Positions 42,378-51,509 of a DNA stretch of 64,000 bases are shown one piece after another (within the stretch, counting starts at the first letter, position 1; every line of letters starts with the position of its first letter). The notes beneath the pieces were generated by a model. The model was given only the letters and a program-made list of their open reading frames with translations, had not been told where the DNA came from and did no database searches. Source of the stretch: Microcoleus sp. (GTDB lineage: Bacteria > Cyanobacteriota > Cyanobacteriia > Cyanobacteriales > Microcoleaceae); the NCBI GenBank assembly GCA_052279835.1, contig CP181291.1, positions 416,001 to 480,000 of the forward strand, given 5' to 3'. The position numbers and the translations under genes are program-made.

Positions 42378-42938
42378 ATGTCTGTTCAGATGCAAAGACG
42401 GCTATTTACAGTGCAAGAATATCACCTCATGGGTGAGGCTGGCATTTTGGGTGAAGATGACCGAGTGGAATTGATCGAAGGAGAAATTGTACAAATGGCT
42501 GCAATTGGTACTCGTCATGCAAGTTGTGTAAAGCGTCTGAACCGTCGTTTTAGCATAATTCCAGAAGAAAGTGCTATTCTGGGTGTTCAAGACCCAATTC
42601 AGTTAACAGAAAGAACTGAACCTCAACCGGATGTTGTATTGCTGCAACCTCGCGCTGACTACTACGCTACTGCACATCCAGTACCATCTGAAGTTTTATT
42701 GTTAGTGGAGGTTTCTGATAGCACTGTTGGTTTCGATCGCGATGTGAAAGTTCCTAACTATGCTCGTTCTGGTATTCAGGAAGTATGGTTGTGGGATCTG
42801 GAGGTTAATTGTTTAGAAGTTTACCGTTGTCCGACGGTAAATGGCTATACTTCAATGCAAAAGTTTGAGCGGGGAGAAACGGTTGCGCCGCTAGCTTTTC
42901 CTGAGTTTGAAGTCAGCGTTGATTTTATTTTGGGTTAG
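42378..42938 (+). CDS. Uma2 family endonuclease (copy 1)
   Basis: RRLFTV.EYH.M, VELIEGEI, EPQPD, LLVEVSDST, K.P.YA.SGI.EVW. Confidence 0.92.
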   Translation: MSVQMQRRLFTVQEYHLMGEAGILGEDDRVELIEGEIVQMAAIGTRHASCVKRLNRRFSIIPEESAILGVQDPIQLTERTEPQPDVVLLQPRADYYATAHPVPSEVLLLVEVSDSTVGFDRDVKVPNYARSGIQEVWLWDLEVNCLEVYRCPTVNGYTSMQKFERGETVAPLAFPEFEVSVDFILG

Positions 42939-43014
42939 AGGGATATAGAAGTAGATAGAATATTATAAGTAAAAAGAGTGAACTTAGGCTAACTGCCGAA
43001 TAAGGAGAATAGTT

Positions 43015-43575
43015 ATGTCTGTTCAGATGCAAAGACGGCTATTTACAGTGCAAGAATATCACCTTATGGGTGAGGCTGGCATTTTGGGTGAAGATGACCG
43101 AGTGGAATTGATAGAAGGAGAAATTGTTCAAATGGCTGCAATTGGTACTCGTCATGCAAGTTGTGTAAAGCGTCTGATCGCTGTGTTCTCCGATTTGGAT
43201 AGAAGACGTGCGATTATAGGCGCTCAAGACCCGATCCAGTTAACAGAAAGAACTGAACCTCAACCGGATATTGTATTGCTACAACCTCGCGCTGACTACT
43301 ACGCTACTGCACATCCAGTACCATCTGAAGTTTTGTTGTTAGTTGAGGTTTCTGATAGCACTGTTGGTTTCGATCGCGATGTGAAAGTTCCTAACTATGC
43401 TCGTTCTGGTATTCAGGAAGTATGGTTGTGGGATCTTGATGTGAATTGTTTAGAAGTTTACCGCGCTCCGACGGCTAATGGCTATACTTCTCTCAAAAAG
43501 TTTGAGCGGGGAGAAACGGTTGCGCCGCTAGCTTTTCCTGAGTTTGAAGTAACCGTTGATTTTATTTTGGGTTAG
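43015..43575 (+). CDS. Uma2 family endonuclease (copy 2, tandem paralog)
   Basis: Near-identical to copy 1, including the upstream RBS region. Confidence 0.92.
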   Translation: MSVQMQRRLFTVQEYHLMGEAGILGEDDRVELIEGEIVQMAAIGTRHASCVKRLIAVFSDLDRRRAIIGAQDPIQLTERTEPQPDIVLLQPRADYYATAHPVPSEVLLLVEVSDSTVGFDRDVKVPNYARSGIQEVWLWDLDVNCLEVYRAPTANGYTSLKKFERGETVAPLAFPEFEVTVDFILG

Positions 43576-43955
43576 AGGGATATCGAGTTTTGCTCAATAG
43601 CTTGCGTTGAGTCAGGCATTCTGCACGATTAACTTGCAATAAATACATACTTACTCGACCGATCGCACTTAGAGGTTCGATCGTACCACTTTCAGTTTGA
43701 AGTTGAAAATGGTCTGCCCAGCGATCTTTTCGAGGGTTGTAAAGTCGAACCACTTCACCTGTTTCTGGATCGATCGAGGCAATGTCGCTGCCTTTATTTT
43801 TGTTACAAAGCGAGCAAAACAAAGCCAGATTGCTTTCAACTGTTTCGCCCCTGTGTTTTTCTGCGATGATATGGTCTACTTGATGAGACGAGAGGGCGAG
43901 TGTTTCTGGGATTAAGCAATATTCGCAGCATCCGTTAGCGCGATCGCATACCGTG
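43562..43955 (-). pseudogene. 5'-truncated HNH endonuclease
   Basis: VCDRANGCCEYCLIPE...HQVDHIIAEKHRGET..SNLALFCSLCNKNKGSD; no start codon found. Confidence 0.75.
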
Positions 43956-43965
43956 GGAATTATAA

Positions 43966-44148
43966 TTATACAGTGTCGTTATTCGAGAGTGGTGGAATCT
44001 CAGCAGCAGTTAAAGTCACGATTTTACCGTCACGCCAGATACTAATTGATTGTCCTAGTCTGCGGTGTTTTTCAATTGCTTCGGCAATGGCTGCTTTCAC
44101 ACCTGCGTCAATGCGATCGGATAATTTGACAAGTTTTTGTTGAGTCAA
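43966..44148 (-). CDS. 60-aa protein, duplicate of 45103-45285 (TTG start)
   Basis: 58/60 aa identical to the other copy. Confidence 0.6.
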   Translation of the reverse strand: MTQQKLVKLSDRIDAGVKAAIAEAIEKHRRLGQSISIWRDGKIVTLTAAEIPPLSNNDTV

Positions 44149-44249
44149 TTGATTTCTAACCTATGCTCCATTTTCTTAAAAAAAAGCTTCTAAATCCCGA
44201 TCGCCTCTGATGATACTAATAATTTAAACAGCATTATTCTGAGCCTTAT

Positions 44250-44663
44250 TTATGGATACCGTCCTCGATCGATCAAAACTTGACGTTCAAGTATGCGATT
44301 GGGAGCATTGATTTTGAGTAATCTTGCAGTAGCTTGACCAATCTGAGTTATCCCTGCTATTCTGGCATCATTAAGCACAAAATGTTCGTCCCATACCTGA
44401 CGACGTGGATTAAATAAAGGGACAATTTCGTCATTAACTGGGTCTATAGTAGCTAAATCAGAACCTTTGTGGCGGTTGCAAGATAAACAAGAAAAAGCGA
44501 GATTTTCAGCACTGGTTTTACCTCCGTGTTTTAAAGCAACGATATGGTCTACTTCATGGCTGTAAATGGAAACATCTTGATGAATCCGACAATATTCACA
44601 GTGTCCAGAAGCTCTTTCAATAACTAATCTGCGGAGTTCCGCAGAAATGGAAGTAGAAGTCAT
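44250..44663 (-). CDS. HNH endonuclease
   Basis: ISAELRRLV.ERA...CEYC, EVDHI...KHGG, NLA.SC..CN.HKG, FNPR...W..HF. Confidence 0.9.
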   Translation of the reverse strand: MTSTSISAELRRLVIERASGHCEYCRIHQDVSIYSHEVDHIVALKHGGKTSAENLAFSCLSCNRHKGSDLATIDPVNDEIVPLFNPRRQVWDEHFVLNDARIAGITQIGQATARLLKINAPNRILERQVLIDRGRYP

Positions 44664-45044
44664 TTATCCAATTTCCGAATAGGCTCTTGCTTTTAGTAAA
44701 ATCATCAGGTGTTCTAGCTGCTCGTAAACATCTAATTCTGCTATTTCCATTTCATTTAGGGTCGATTCGCGGTTTTTGTCAAGCAAAATTTGGAGGCGTG
44801 TCTGAGCCTGTTGTGAAACCTTGAAATTAACAATTTCTTGTGGAATTGGACTCTTTATCAAAAAATCCAGAACTTCTTGATAAACTGCGGGAATATCGCC
44901 ACTATGAGTGTTAATTTCCGGCTCGATAGTTGTGGGATTTTTCGTTATTTCTAGAATTTGCCACAGCAATTCTGGCAATCGATTTTGCAAAGGTTCTAGA
45001 CGTTGAGCCAATTCGTCGGGAATTTCAAGGGTAATTGTTGCCAT
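44664..45044 (-). CDS. Hypothetical antitoxin-like partner of the HNH gene
   Basis: MATITLEIPDELA (RHH-like start); stop abuts the HNH start. Confidence 0.7.
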   Translation of the reverse strand: MATITLEIPDELAQRLEPLQNRLPELLWQILEITKNPTTIEPEINTHSGDIPAVYQEVLDFLIKSPIPQEIVNFKVSQQAQTRLQILLDKNRESTLNEMEIAELDVYEQLEHLMILLKARAYSEIG

Positions 45045-45102
45045 TTTTTTGCTCACTGACGCTCTGATTGAATGGTAGCACAATAGACGACGGGAATTAT
45101 AA

Positions 45103-45285
45103 TTATACAGTGTCGTTATTGGATAGCGGTGGAATCTCAGCAGCAGTTAAAGTCACGATTTTACCATCACGCCAGATTCTAATTGATTGTCCTAGTCTGC
45201 GGTGTTTTTCAATTGCTTCGGCGATGGCTGCTTTGACACCTGCGTCAATGCGATCGGATAATTTGACAAGTTTTTGTTCAGTCAT
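45103..45285 (-). CDS. Small protein partnered with the zeta-toxin-like ATPase
   Basis: GVK.AIA.AIE.HRR.G.SI.IWRDGKIV; 4 bp after the ATPase stop. Confidence 0.75.
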   Translation of the reverse strand: MTEQKLVKLSDRIDAGVKAAIAEAIEKHRRLGQSIRIWRDGKIVTLTAAEIPPLSNNDTV

Positions 45286-45289
45286 TTTA

Positions 45290-45853
45290 CTAATTTATAA
45301 TGCGATTCCAAGTTTCACTGTCAGAGATGAGGGTTCCGTCTTCTGCACTACCTTCAGCAATTAGTCGGATAGTATCTCTAGAATTATCATAGACTATCCA
45401 GCGATCGCACAATGGTAAATATAGTGAAGTTAAGTTTCTGCGTCCGCGATCGTATCGCCTGCGGATGACATCTTCTGGAATAGAATGTCCGCCACTTTCT
45501 ACCCGTTGTTGTACCCGTTCAATTGCCATTTCTGGAGATTGTAACCAGAAGTAAATCAGGTTGATTGTGTAGCCTTTAGTTTTGCAGTTTCTCAAGAATC
45601 GAGCGAAGTTGCGAGCTGCTAAAGTTGTCTCGAAGGCGAAATCAGTGCCAGAGTCTGATAAAGTCCGCAGTCTTTGTATCATTAAGCGTCCTGCGAGGAT
45701 GGCGACTGACTCTGGATTGAATTGGGACATTCCGGCGGCTATCACATCTGCATTCACATATTCAAAACATTCTAAAAAATTGGGTAACAATCTCAGGGAA
45801 ACTGTAGTTTTACCTGAACCGTTAGGGCCACCAATAATGTAAAGATTCGGCAT
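45290..45853 (-). CDS. Zeta-toxin-like P-loop ATPase
   Basis: IIGGPNGSGKTT, VNAD.IA, FAFETTL, RV..GGH.IPE..IRRRY, YDNS. Confidence 0.88.
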   Translation of the reverse strand: MPNLYIIGGPNGSGKTTVSLRLLPNFLECFEYVNADVIAAGMSQFNPESVAILAGRLMIQRLRTLSDSGTDFAFETTLAARNFARFLRNCKTKGYTINLIYFWLQSPEMAIERVQQRVESGGHSIPEDVIRRRYDRGRRNLTSLYLPLCDRWIVYDNSRDTIRLIAEGSAEDGTLISDSETWNRIIN

Positions 45854-45932
45854 AATTGCGCTTCAATTTTTACTCATACTCTTCTAACTCAAATTCAATA
45901 ACTCCCAAGCATTGGCGGTTACTCATTGGCGA

Positions 45933-46190
45933 TTATACTGATCGAGCTTTGTGAAATTTGGCTCTGATTTGAGCGATCGCCGTTTCACCATCCACTCCTT
46001 CACCGCGATCGAGTTGTGTGGCGGCGATGTCGATTTTGGCGCAAACTTCTTCTACCCAGCGATCGTATCGATCGCGTTTTTCCAGCAGCCGTAGCGCGTC
46101 AGCAATGATTTCAGTAACGTTGGTATAGCGCCCGCTGGCGAGTTGGGCGAGTATGAGTTGTTCTTGTTCGGAGGTAAGGGTGATGCTCAT
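45933..46190 (-). CDS. ParD-family (CC2985-like) antitoxin, orphan
   Basis: MSI.LT.EQE..I..QL.SGRY....E.I..ALRLLE; no intact ParE gene downstream. Confidence 0.8.
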   Translation of the reverse strand: MSITLTSEQEQLILAQLASGRYTNVTEIIADALRLLEKRDRYDRWVEEVCAKIDIAATQLDRGEGVDGETAIAQIRAKFHKARSV

Positions 46191-46337
46191 AGGTAAAGAT
46201 CGGCTGGCTATTGTTTTATTGCATCGGGGGGATTGCACGTTTGTCTCTATTCTAATCTATGACTGATGGAGTCCGTAAATCTCCTCCTATTATTTTAAGC
46301 TAGAATTAATTACTCGTTTAGTTAAAAGGAGAATATT

Positions 46338-46691
46338 CTGTCAACCAATCGCGAGTATTATATACCAGAATTCTCTCTTACACAGCAAACAATACAGGGA
46401 GAGGATATCCCCTTACCAGATCCCGAAGCAGAAGGACGACCCCATACAACACTTGGAAAAAGAGATGGAAGTGATAATATTTGTTACCGCCAGTCAGCAA
46501 CCTTTCCCTCATCAACTTGGCCGAAAGCTAATGGCTGCGATGTGCCTTGGGGTAGAGTAGATTGGACGGATCATAATCGTCCCTCAGACCATTCCAACCC
46601 GCATATCCACGAATTCCGCTACAATTGGGAACAGAAAAGATGGGAATGTGGAGTGCAACAATTTTGGTGGTATTGCATAGATGTTGATTAA
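46338..46691 (+). CDS. Polymorphic-toxin-like nuclease domain (117 aa, CTG start), absent from the ORF track
   Basis: Manual translation ...PLPDPEAEGRPHTTLGKRDG...YRQSATF...RVDWTDHNRPSDHSNPHIHEF...; AAGGAGA RBS just upstream. Confidence 0.6.
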   Translation: MSTNREYYIPEFSLTQQTIQGEDIPLPDPEAEGRPHTTLGKRDGSDNICYRQSATFPSSTWPKANGCDVPWGRVDWTDHNRPSDHSNPHIHEFRYNWEQKRWECGVQQFWWYCIDVD

Positions 46692-46705
46692 CTAAAGGAG
46701 AAATT

Positions 46706-47290
46706 ATGGATGCTTGTTTTGAAATATTACTTTCGACAAGACAAACTCTTGATTATTTAGAAGTTCATCAGGAAACTTTTACTTGGGGTGGCGTAGAATA
46801 TCCCCAAGGTGAAAAGTATTACGTTTGGGGCAAATATATAAAATTAGTAGAGCGGGAAATTCCAGCCCATATAATCAAGCGCTTACCCCCCGTTTACGGA
46901 AATCTGCAATGGGTGAATTTTTCCGTACAAGGGAAAGGATTGGACTTGTTAGAATCCGAGGTGAATGGTTCAGAGATAGATTGGGAAGGCAAAAGTTTTG
47001 ATGATTTTCTCAAGTTGATTCTGACTGAACAACCTCAATGGGTTGTGGTATTTGAATGGCACTGCGATCGCATAGATAGTCTATACGAACAAAATGTTAG
47101 TGAGTGCATTAGTCAGATTAAAAATAATTTGAAATGGGAGAATAATAGAGAGGGATTTCTCGTACTATCTGTCCCAGAAAATGAGATTTACTCATCGATG
47201 TCTGTCGGTGGTGTCGCACAGACCCAACCGGGGTTGAAACCCCTGGCTAATAGCGAAAGTCGGTTGAAACCGACTGAAAAGCTGAGATAA
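46706..47290 (+). CDS. Hypothetical protein, candidate immunity protein (C-terminus runs into a repeat)
   Basis: AAAGGAG RBS, 14 bp after the toxin-like ORF; acidic and aromatic-rich. Confidence 0.6.
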   Translation: MDACFEILLSTRQTLDYLEVHQETFTWGGVEYPQGEKYYVWGKYIKLVEREIPAHIIKRLPPVYGNLQWVNFSVQGKGLDLLESEVNGSEIDWEGKSFDDFLKLILTEQPQWVVVFEWHCDRIDSLYEQNVSECISQIKNNLKWENNREGFLVLSVPENEIYSSMSVGGVAQTQPGLKPLANSESRLKPTEKLR

Positions 47291-47356
47291 AAATCAAAAA
47301 CTCTTTAGTCCTCTTTAGAGGAATTTCGCTATGAGACAGGGGTTTCAACCCCGGTT
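47226..47356. repeat. Palindromic dispersed repeat (CCGGGGTTGAAACCCCTG...CAGGGGTTTCAACCCCGG)
   Basis: Inverted arms; related element at 61032-61178. Confidence 0.7.
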
Positions 47357-47596
47357 AGACTATTAAGCTAACCGAGGTTTCAGGACACTCGCACAACCAA
47401 AGAAACCGGGTTTTTTCCCGAATCTTCGCACTCTCACCAAGTCTATGGTAAAAACCCGGTTTCTGGCCACACGCGCACTATCAAAATCACTGACACTCTC
47501 ATTGAATAGTCATAGCATAATAAAAATATGAAGTGCGATCGCCCTTCCTGATCTTAGTCGCTTCACCCTACCAATCAGTTGAATAGCGGCAAAATT

Positions 47597-48085
47597 TTAG
47601 TTAGAATTGTTGTCGTCGAGGTCTAGATTTTGTATTGGCAGTTCAGAATCTAGTGATGTAGGTATTTGGATCTTAACAACAATTACTATTTGATTTTTTT
47701 CAATACTTATATTACTTATATTAACTATGCTCTTTTCAGGTAACAAATTACTGGCTGGCAATTTAGCACATGACTGAGTTTTATATCCAGCATCCTCAAG
47801 CCATTCAGCAATATTTCTCCAATTTTCGATCTTTTCAATGCCTTTACCCACAAAGCCTTTAACGTATCTATAAATAGTTGCACACAAATCAGTTTCCACA
47901 CCCTTGGGATTTTTTTGCAGCTTTTCGGCGATTTCAGCGGGACTGTGGCCGCAAAGCAACCCCCGCAGATGCAGCTTTTCGACGGGGGTGAGAGGCTTTC
48001 CCTTAACGGCGGCCAAGTCCGAGTACAGAGTTTTTAAATCCCAGCGGCTTTCTGCTTCGACGAAGCGATCGTTTGTGGATGCCAT
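47597..48085 (-). CDS. HTH-domain protein divergent from the ubiquitin-like operon
   Basis: LTPVEK..LRGLLCG.SP.EIA..L......V...L...IYRYV helix-turn-helix pattern. Confidence 0.75.
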   Translation of the reverse strand: MASTNDRFVEAESRWDLKTLYSDLAAVKGKPLTPVEKLHLRGLLCGHSPAEIAEKLQKNPKGVETDLCATIYRYVKGFVGKGIEKIENWRNIAEWLEDAGYKTQSCAKLPASNLLPEKSIVNISNISIEKNQIVIVVKIQIPTSLDSELPIQNLDLDDNNSN

Positions 48086-48504
48086 AAATAGGTGTGTGTG
48101 AAGTTCCTGATGGAAGTCTAACATAATTCCTGATGTATGTAAGTGTATGCTCGGTGTTATTTGGCTTAATATACTTGAAAGCTCAAGTTTAAGTGGTGCG
48201 AGTCACAGGTTAAAACCTTTGTGGCAGGGCATTTGACTGATTACTGATTACAGTTAGTGTTACGACAGGGATTAGGGCTGAATTTTGGTAATTTTCTGGG
48301 TTTGACTCTAGTTTCGGGTACTGCTGGTAATTTTTTTTTAATTTATTTTCTGGGTTCTGCATAATTTTGTGGGTGCGGCCCCGATATATAAATAGGAGGC
48401 TGCAATGCGCCTTCTGCGGACTGAGCTCTTTGTGAGTGCGATGGTGAAAGCTTTGCTATGCAAAATTTTCGCTGAACTACCTCTCTGAAACAAGCGAGTG
48501 TGAA

Positions 48505-49914
48505 ATGTTTATGTCTGACGACAAGTACGATCGCCTAAAAAGGATTCCCAACTGGAGCCAAGAAAAATTGGCCCAAGCGAAAGTGGCTGTATTTGGCTGC
48601 GGCGCGCTGGGTAACGAAGTGTTGAAAAACCTGGCTCTGCTGGGAGTTGGCAACATTTGGGTTGTGGACTACGACACGATCGAAAAACATAACTTGACGC
48701 GATCGGTTTTGTTTCGAGAATCAGATATAGGCAGATATAAAGCGGAGGTGGTAGCTGAACGGGTTAAGGAGTTGAATCCAGATTCTCAAGTGCATCCGAT
48801 TCTGGGTAAGTTAGAGTTCGCCTTTGGACGAGGCTTGTTGCGGGAGATGGATGTAGCCTTTGGTTGCGTGGACAGCTTTGGGGCAAGAAGAACTCTAAAT
48901 GAGCGATGCTACTTTGCAGGGATTCCTTGGATCGACGGCGGGATCGATTACGCGATGGGTAACGTTGCTCTCTTCGATCCGCGAGTGCCTGAGACAGCCT
49001 GCTATCGATGCAAAATGAATACCACTCATTGGGAGCAAATTAATGAAAGGCGTTCTTGTCCAGATGGATATTTGAAAGATGACTACAAAGAGCCAGTAAT
49101 TGCCACAAGCATTATGACATCTTCCGTCATTGCAGCTTACCAAGTGGAAATAGCTGTGCAAGTCATCCTGGGAGAGCAAAATTTCCAACCTGGAACACAA
49201 TTATTTCTGCCGGTTAGCTTTCCGATGGGTTTTAATGTGGGTAAATTCAAGCTAAATGAAGAATGCCCCGACCATGAATTAATAGCTGGACAGCAAAATG
49301 TTCCTAGTCATTCAGTTAGCATAGAAAGCACTCCAAGTGAAGTAGCAGCTATATTAGGGCTGGATGATAAGTGGGAATTAGAACTTCCTTTCGATTTTGT
49401 CTTCAAATTAACTTGTCCCAAATGCGGATATATTGAACCAATCGCAACTCCTGTACAGGAAGTTAAACAAAGTCAAGCTTCGTGTCCGCAGTGTGACTCT
49501 GATCATAGAACCCCGACCAAAAATTTCAAAATTTATAAGGGTTCTGAAGAAGCAGAATTGCCATTACGAACTTTTTGGCTTGGGGATAAAGAGATCATTC
49601 AGTTTGTACAAAATGGTCAACTTACTTTTGTGGAATTAGCAAAGGACACTCTCGGTAAGAAAATTGAAGAAATCACTGTCATAGTTAAGTATCCCATGAC
49701 AGGTCAACAAAAAACAACCGAAGTGTTACTGGATTTCAACTTGGGTGAATTTGGGATAGCAGCCGCAGAAGTGTTTGACATTCAACCAAAGCGAGATTTC
49801 TTTTTAATGACCGAAAAGACTTCTGAACTTCTCAATAAGAATGATACATTTCGGACTGCCGACATTCAAAACAATGCTGTCTTAATACTTTTCCCTAACA
49901 TTGGTGGCTGTTAG
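48505..49914 (+). CDS. ThiF/MoeB/E1-like activating enzyme with Zn ribbon and fused C-terminal ubiquitin-like domain
   Basis: GCGALG, VDYDTIE.HNL.R..LF, K...A, CVDS..AR, CYRC then RRSC (catalytic Cys position), CPKC/CPQC; the last 83 aa match the next gene and end GGC. Confidence 0.92.
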   Translation: MFMSDDKYDRLKRIPNWSQEKLAQAKVAVFGCGALGNEVLKNLALLGVGNIWVVDYDTIEKHNLTRSVLFRESDIGRYKAEVVAERVKELNPDSQVHPILGKLEFAFGRGLLREMDVAFGCVDSFGARRTLNERCYFAGIPWIDGGIDYAMGNVALFDPRVPETACYRCKMNTTHWEQINERRSCPDGYLKDDYKEPVIATSIMTSSVIAAYQVEIAVQVILGEQNFQPGTQLFLPVSFPMGFNVGKFKLNEECPDHELIAGQQNVPSHSVSIESTPSEVAAILGLDDKWELELPFDFVFKLTCPKCGYIEPIATPVQEVKQSQASCPQCDSDHRTPTKNFKIYKGSEEAELPLRTFWLGDKEIIQFVQNGQLTFVELAKDTLGKKIEEITVIVKYPMTGQQKTTEVLLDFNLGEFGIAAAEVFDIQPKRDFFLMTEKTSELLNKNDTFRTADIQNNAVLILFPNIGGC

Positions 49915-49965
49915 TTAATATCGATCGAATCAAAAGTTAATTTTTGAACTAAGGAGACTCTTGTT

Positions 49966-50223
49966 ATGGCAATGGAAGAAATCACTGTAATCGTTAAGTA
50001 TCCGACTTCTGGCAAAAAAGAATCAGCAGATGTACCCATCGATTTTAAATTGGGTGAATTTCGGAAAGAAGTTCAAGAAATGTTTGAGATTCCACAAAGC
50101 CGTAACTGCACTCTGATGCTAGAAAAAACTAATGACGCTTTAAGTGATAATGATACCTTTCAGAGTGCAGGCATCCAAAATAATGCAGTTTTGTTACTTA
50201 TACCTGAAGTAGGAGGAGCTTGA
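49966..50223 (+). CDS. Ubiquitin-like (beta-grasp, YukD/EsaB-like) protein ending GGA
   Basis: 85 aa; L.D..T...AGI.N...L.L pattern; AAGGAG RBS; lies between E1 and E2. Confidence 0.85.
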   Translation: MAMEEITVIVKYPTSGKKESADVPIDFKLGEFRKEVQEMFEIPQSRNCTLMLEKTNDALSDNDTFQSAGIQNNAVLLLIPEVGGA

Positions 50224-50225
50224 AA

Positions 50226-50756
50226 ATGTCAATTCATGATAGAAGATTAGAAAGTGACTATCAAGGGTTACTAAGGCTTTGTATGTCCAACAAAAATATT
50301 AAACTTTTGGACTACATACCCGACCCTCGAAAGTATGTCATTCAGCTATCCAATGTTACAGGATTAGAGTCAAGCAATCCTGATGATTCACCTCGGTATA
50401 GAACACAGCACACCATTGAAATATCAAGCTTTTCCAAAAAATATCCAGAACCAGATGCACTACCTACAGTATATTTTAATCCTGTAATTTTTCACCCAAA
50501 TGTAAGTCCTGGAAACGGATGGACTTGTATTTATGGTACAGGTGTTAGAGAAAACCAACCTCTCAATGTTTTGGTTTTGAGATTAATCACAATGATTCAG
50601 TATGCCAATACTGATTTTGGAAATCCCCCTTATCCGAATGCAGATGCTAAGGCATGGTATGAGAGAAATAAACATAAAGGTTGGTTTCCTCTAGCCAAAA
50701 AATTAAGTGATGAGCCATCGGAAAGTAAAAAAGTTAAATGGGGCAAAAAGACATGA
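50226..50756 (+). CDS. E2/UBC-like conjugating enzyme
   Basis: RRLESDY, YP...P.VYF, IFHPNV....G..CI (HPN plus catalytic Cys), NADA..WY. Confidence 0.88.
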   Translation: MSIHDRRLESDYQGLLRLCMSNKNIKLLDYIPDPRKYVIQLSNVTGLESSNPDDSPRYRTQHTIEISSFSKKYPEPDALPTVYFNPVIFHPNVSPGNGWTCIYGTGVRENQPLNVLVLRLITMIQYANTDFGNPPYPNADAKAWYERNKHKGWFPLAKKLSDEPSESKKVKWGKKT

Positions 50757-51508
50757 CTAAGAGCCGATGGCATAAGCGGCCTGAAACTAAAGGTACCGAA
50801 GAGCAAACAACACGGGATGTTTCTGTGTTGCCTTTACAAGATCAGAGTCAATATCAATCTTTCGCTCATAACAATGTTCAGCTTTTTGTAATCGAACCCG
50901 CTATCGATAGGCTGAAAACTCACTTATCCCAAGACACAACCAAAGAAACGGGAGGTATTTTAGTAGGAAATGTGTTGATTGATTCAGAAAAAGGTATCTA
51001 CTGCACAAAAATAACAGGCGCGATTGCAGCACCCACTACAATTGGAAACCGCTCAACATTTCGGTTTACTCCTGATTGTTGGCCAGCAATCCTTAAAGAA
51101 CAAAAAGAATTTTACCCGCAAACACAGATTGTGGGTTGGTATCATTCTCATCCAAATTTTGGAGTTTTTCTATCAGGGGTTGATTTAGACACGCAAAAAG
51201 ATTGTTTTAACCAACCTTGGCACATTGCTGTTGTTTACGATCCTATTCGACATGAGATCGGCTTTTTCTGTGGTGCTAAAGGAGAAGAAATGAACTCTAT
51301 AAAAACTTTACAGCCTCAAGATAAAGAATTTGAATCTTTTCAAGTCACGGACGAACACAGCGAAAAACACTTAGTTGAAGATGAGCAATCAGAGGCGAAT
51401 ACTGTTGATGATTCAACAGATACAAAGCCAGTATCATCTTCAGAAAATTCTGCACCAGGCTGTTTAAGCGTTTTCACAAATCTTTTAAAAAAATTGAGAC
51501 GTTCATAA
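50753..51508 (+). CDS. JAB/MPN (Mov34) metallo-isopeptidase
   Basis: ETGGILVG, VGWYHSHP.FG.FLS..D (JAMM motif), VYDP; ATGA overlap with the E2 stop. Confidence 0.92.
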   Translation: MTKSRWHKRPETKGTEEQTTRDVSVLPLQDQSQYQSFAHNNVQLFVIEPAIDRLKTHLSQDTTKETGGILVGNVLIDSEKGIYCTKITGAIAAPTTIGNRSTFRFTPDCWPAILKEQKEFYPQTQIVGWYHSHPNFGVFLSGVDLDTQKDCFNQPWHIAVVYDPIRHEIGFFCGAKGEEMNSIKTLQPQDKEFESFQVTDEHSEKHLVEDEQSEANTVDDSTDTKPVSSSENSAPGCLSVFTNLLKKLRRS

Positions 51509-51509
51509 T

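Noticed and set aside
42378..43575. Uma2 pair as a diversity-generating retroelement
   Set aside because: No reverse transcriptase, and the differences are not adenine-specific.
48505..49914. E1 as an ordinary MoeB/ThiF cofactor-biosynthesis enzyme
   Set aside because: No thiamine or molybdopterin genes nearby; it is adjacent to E2 and JAB genes.
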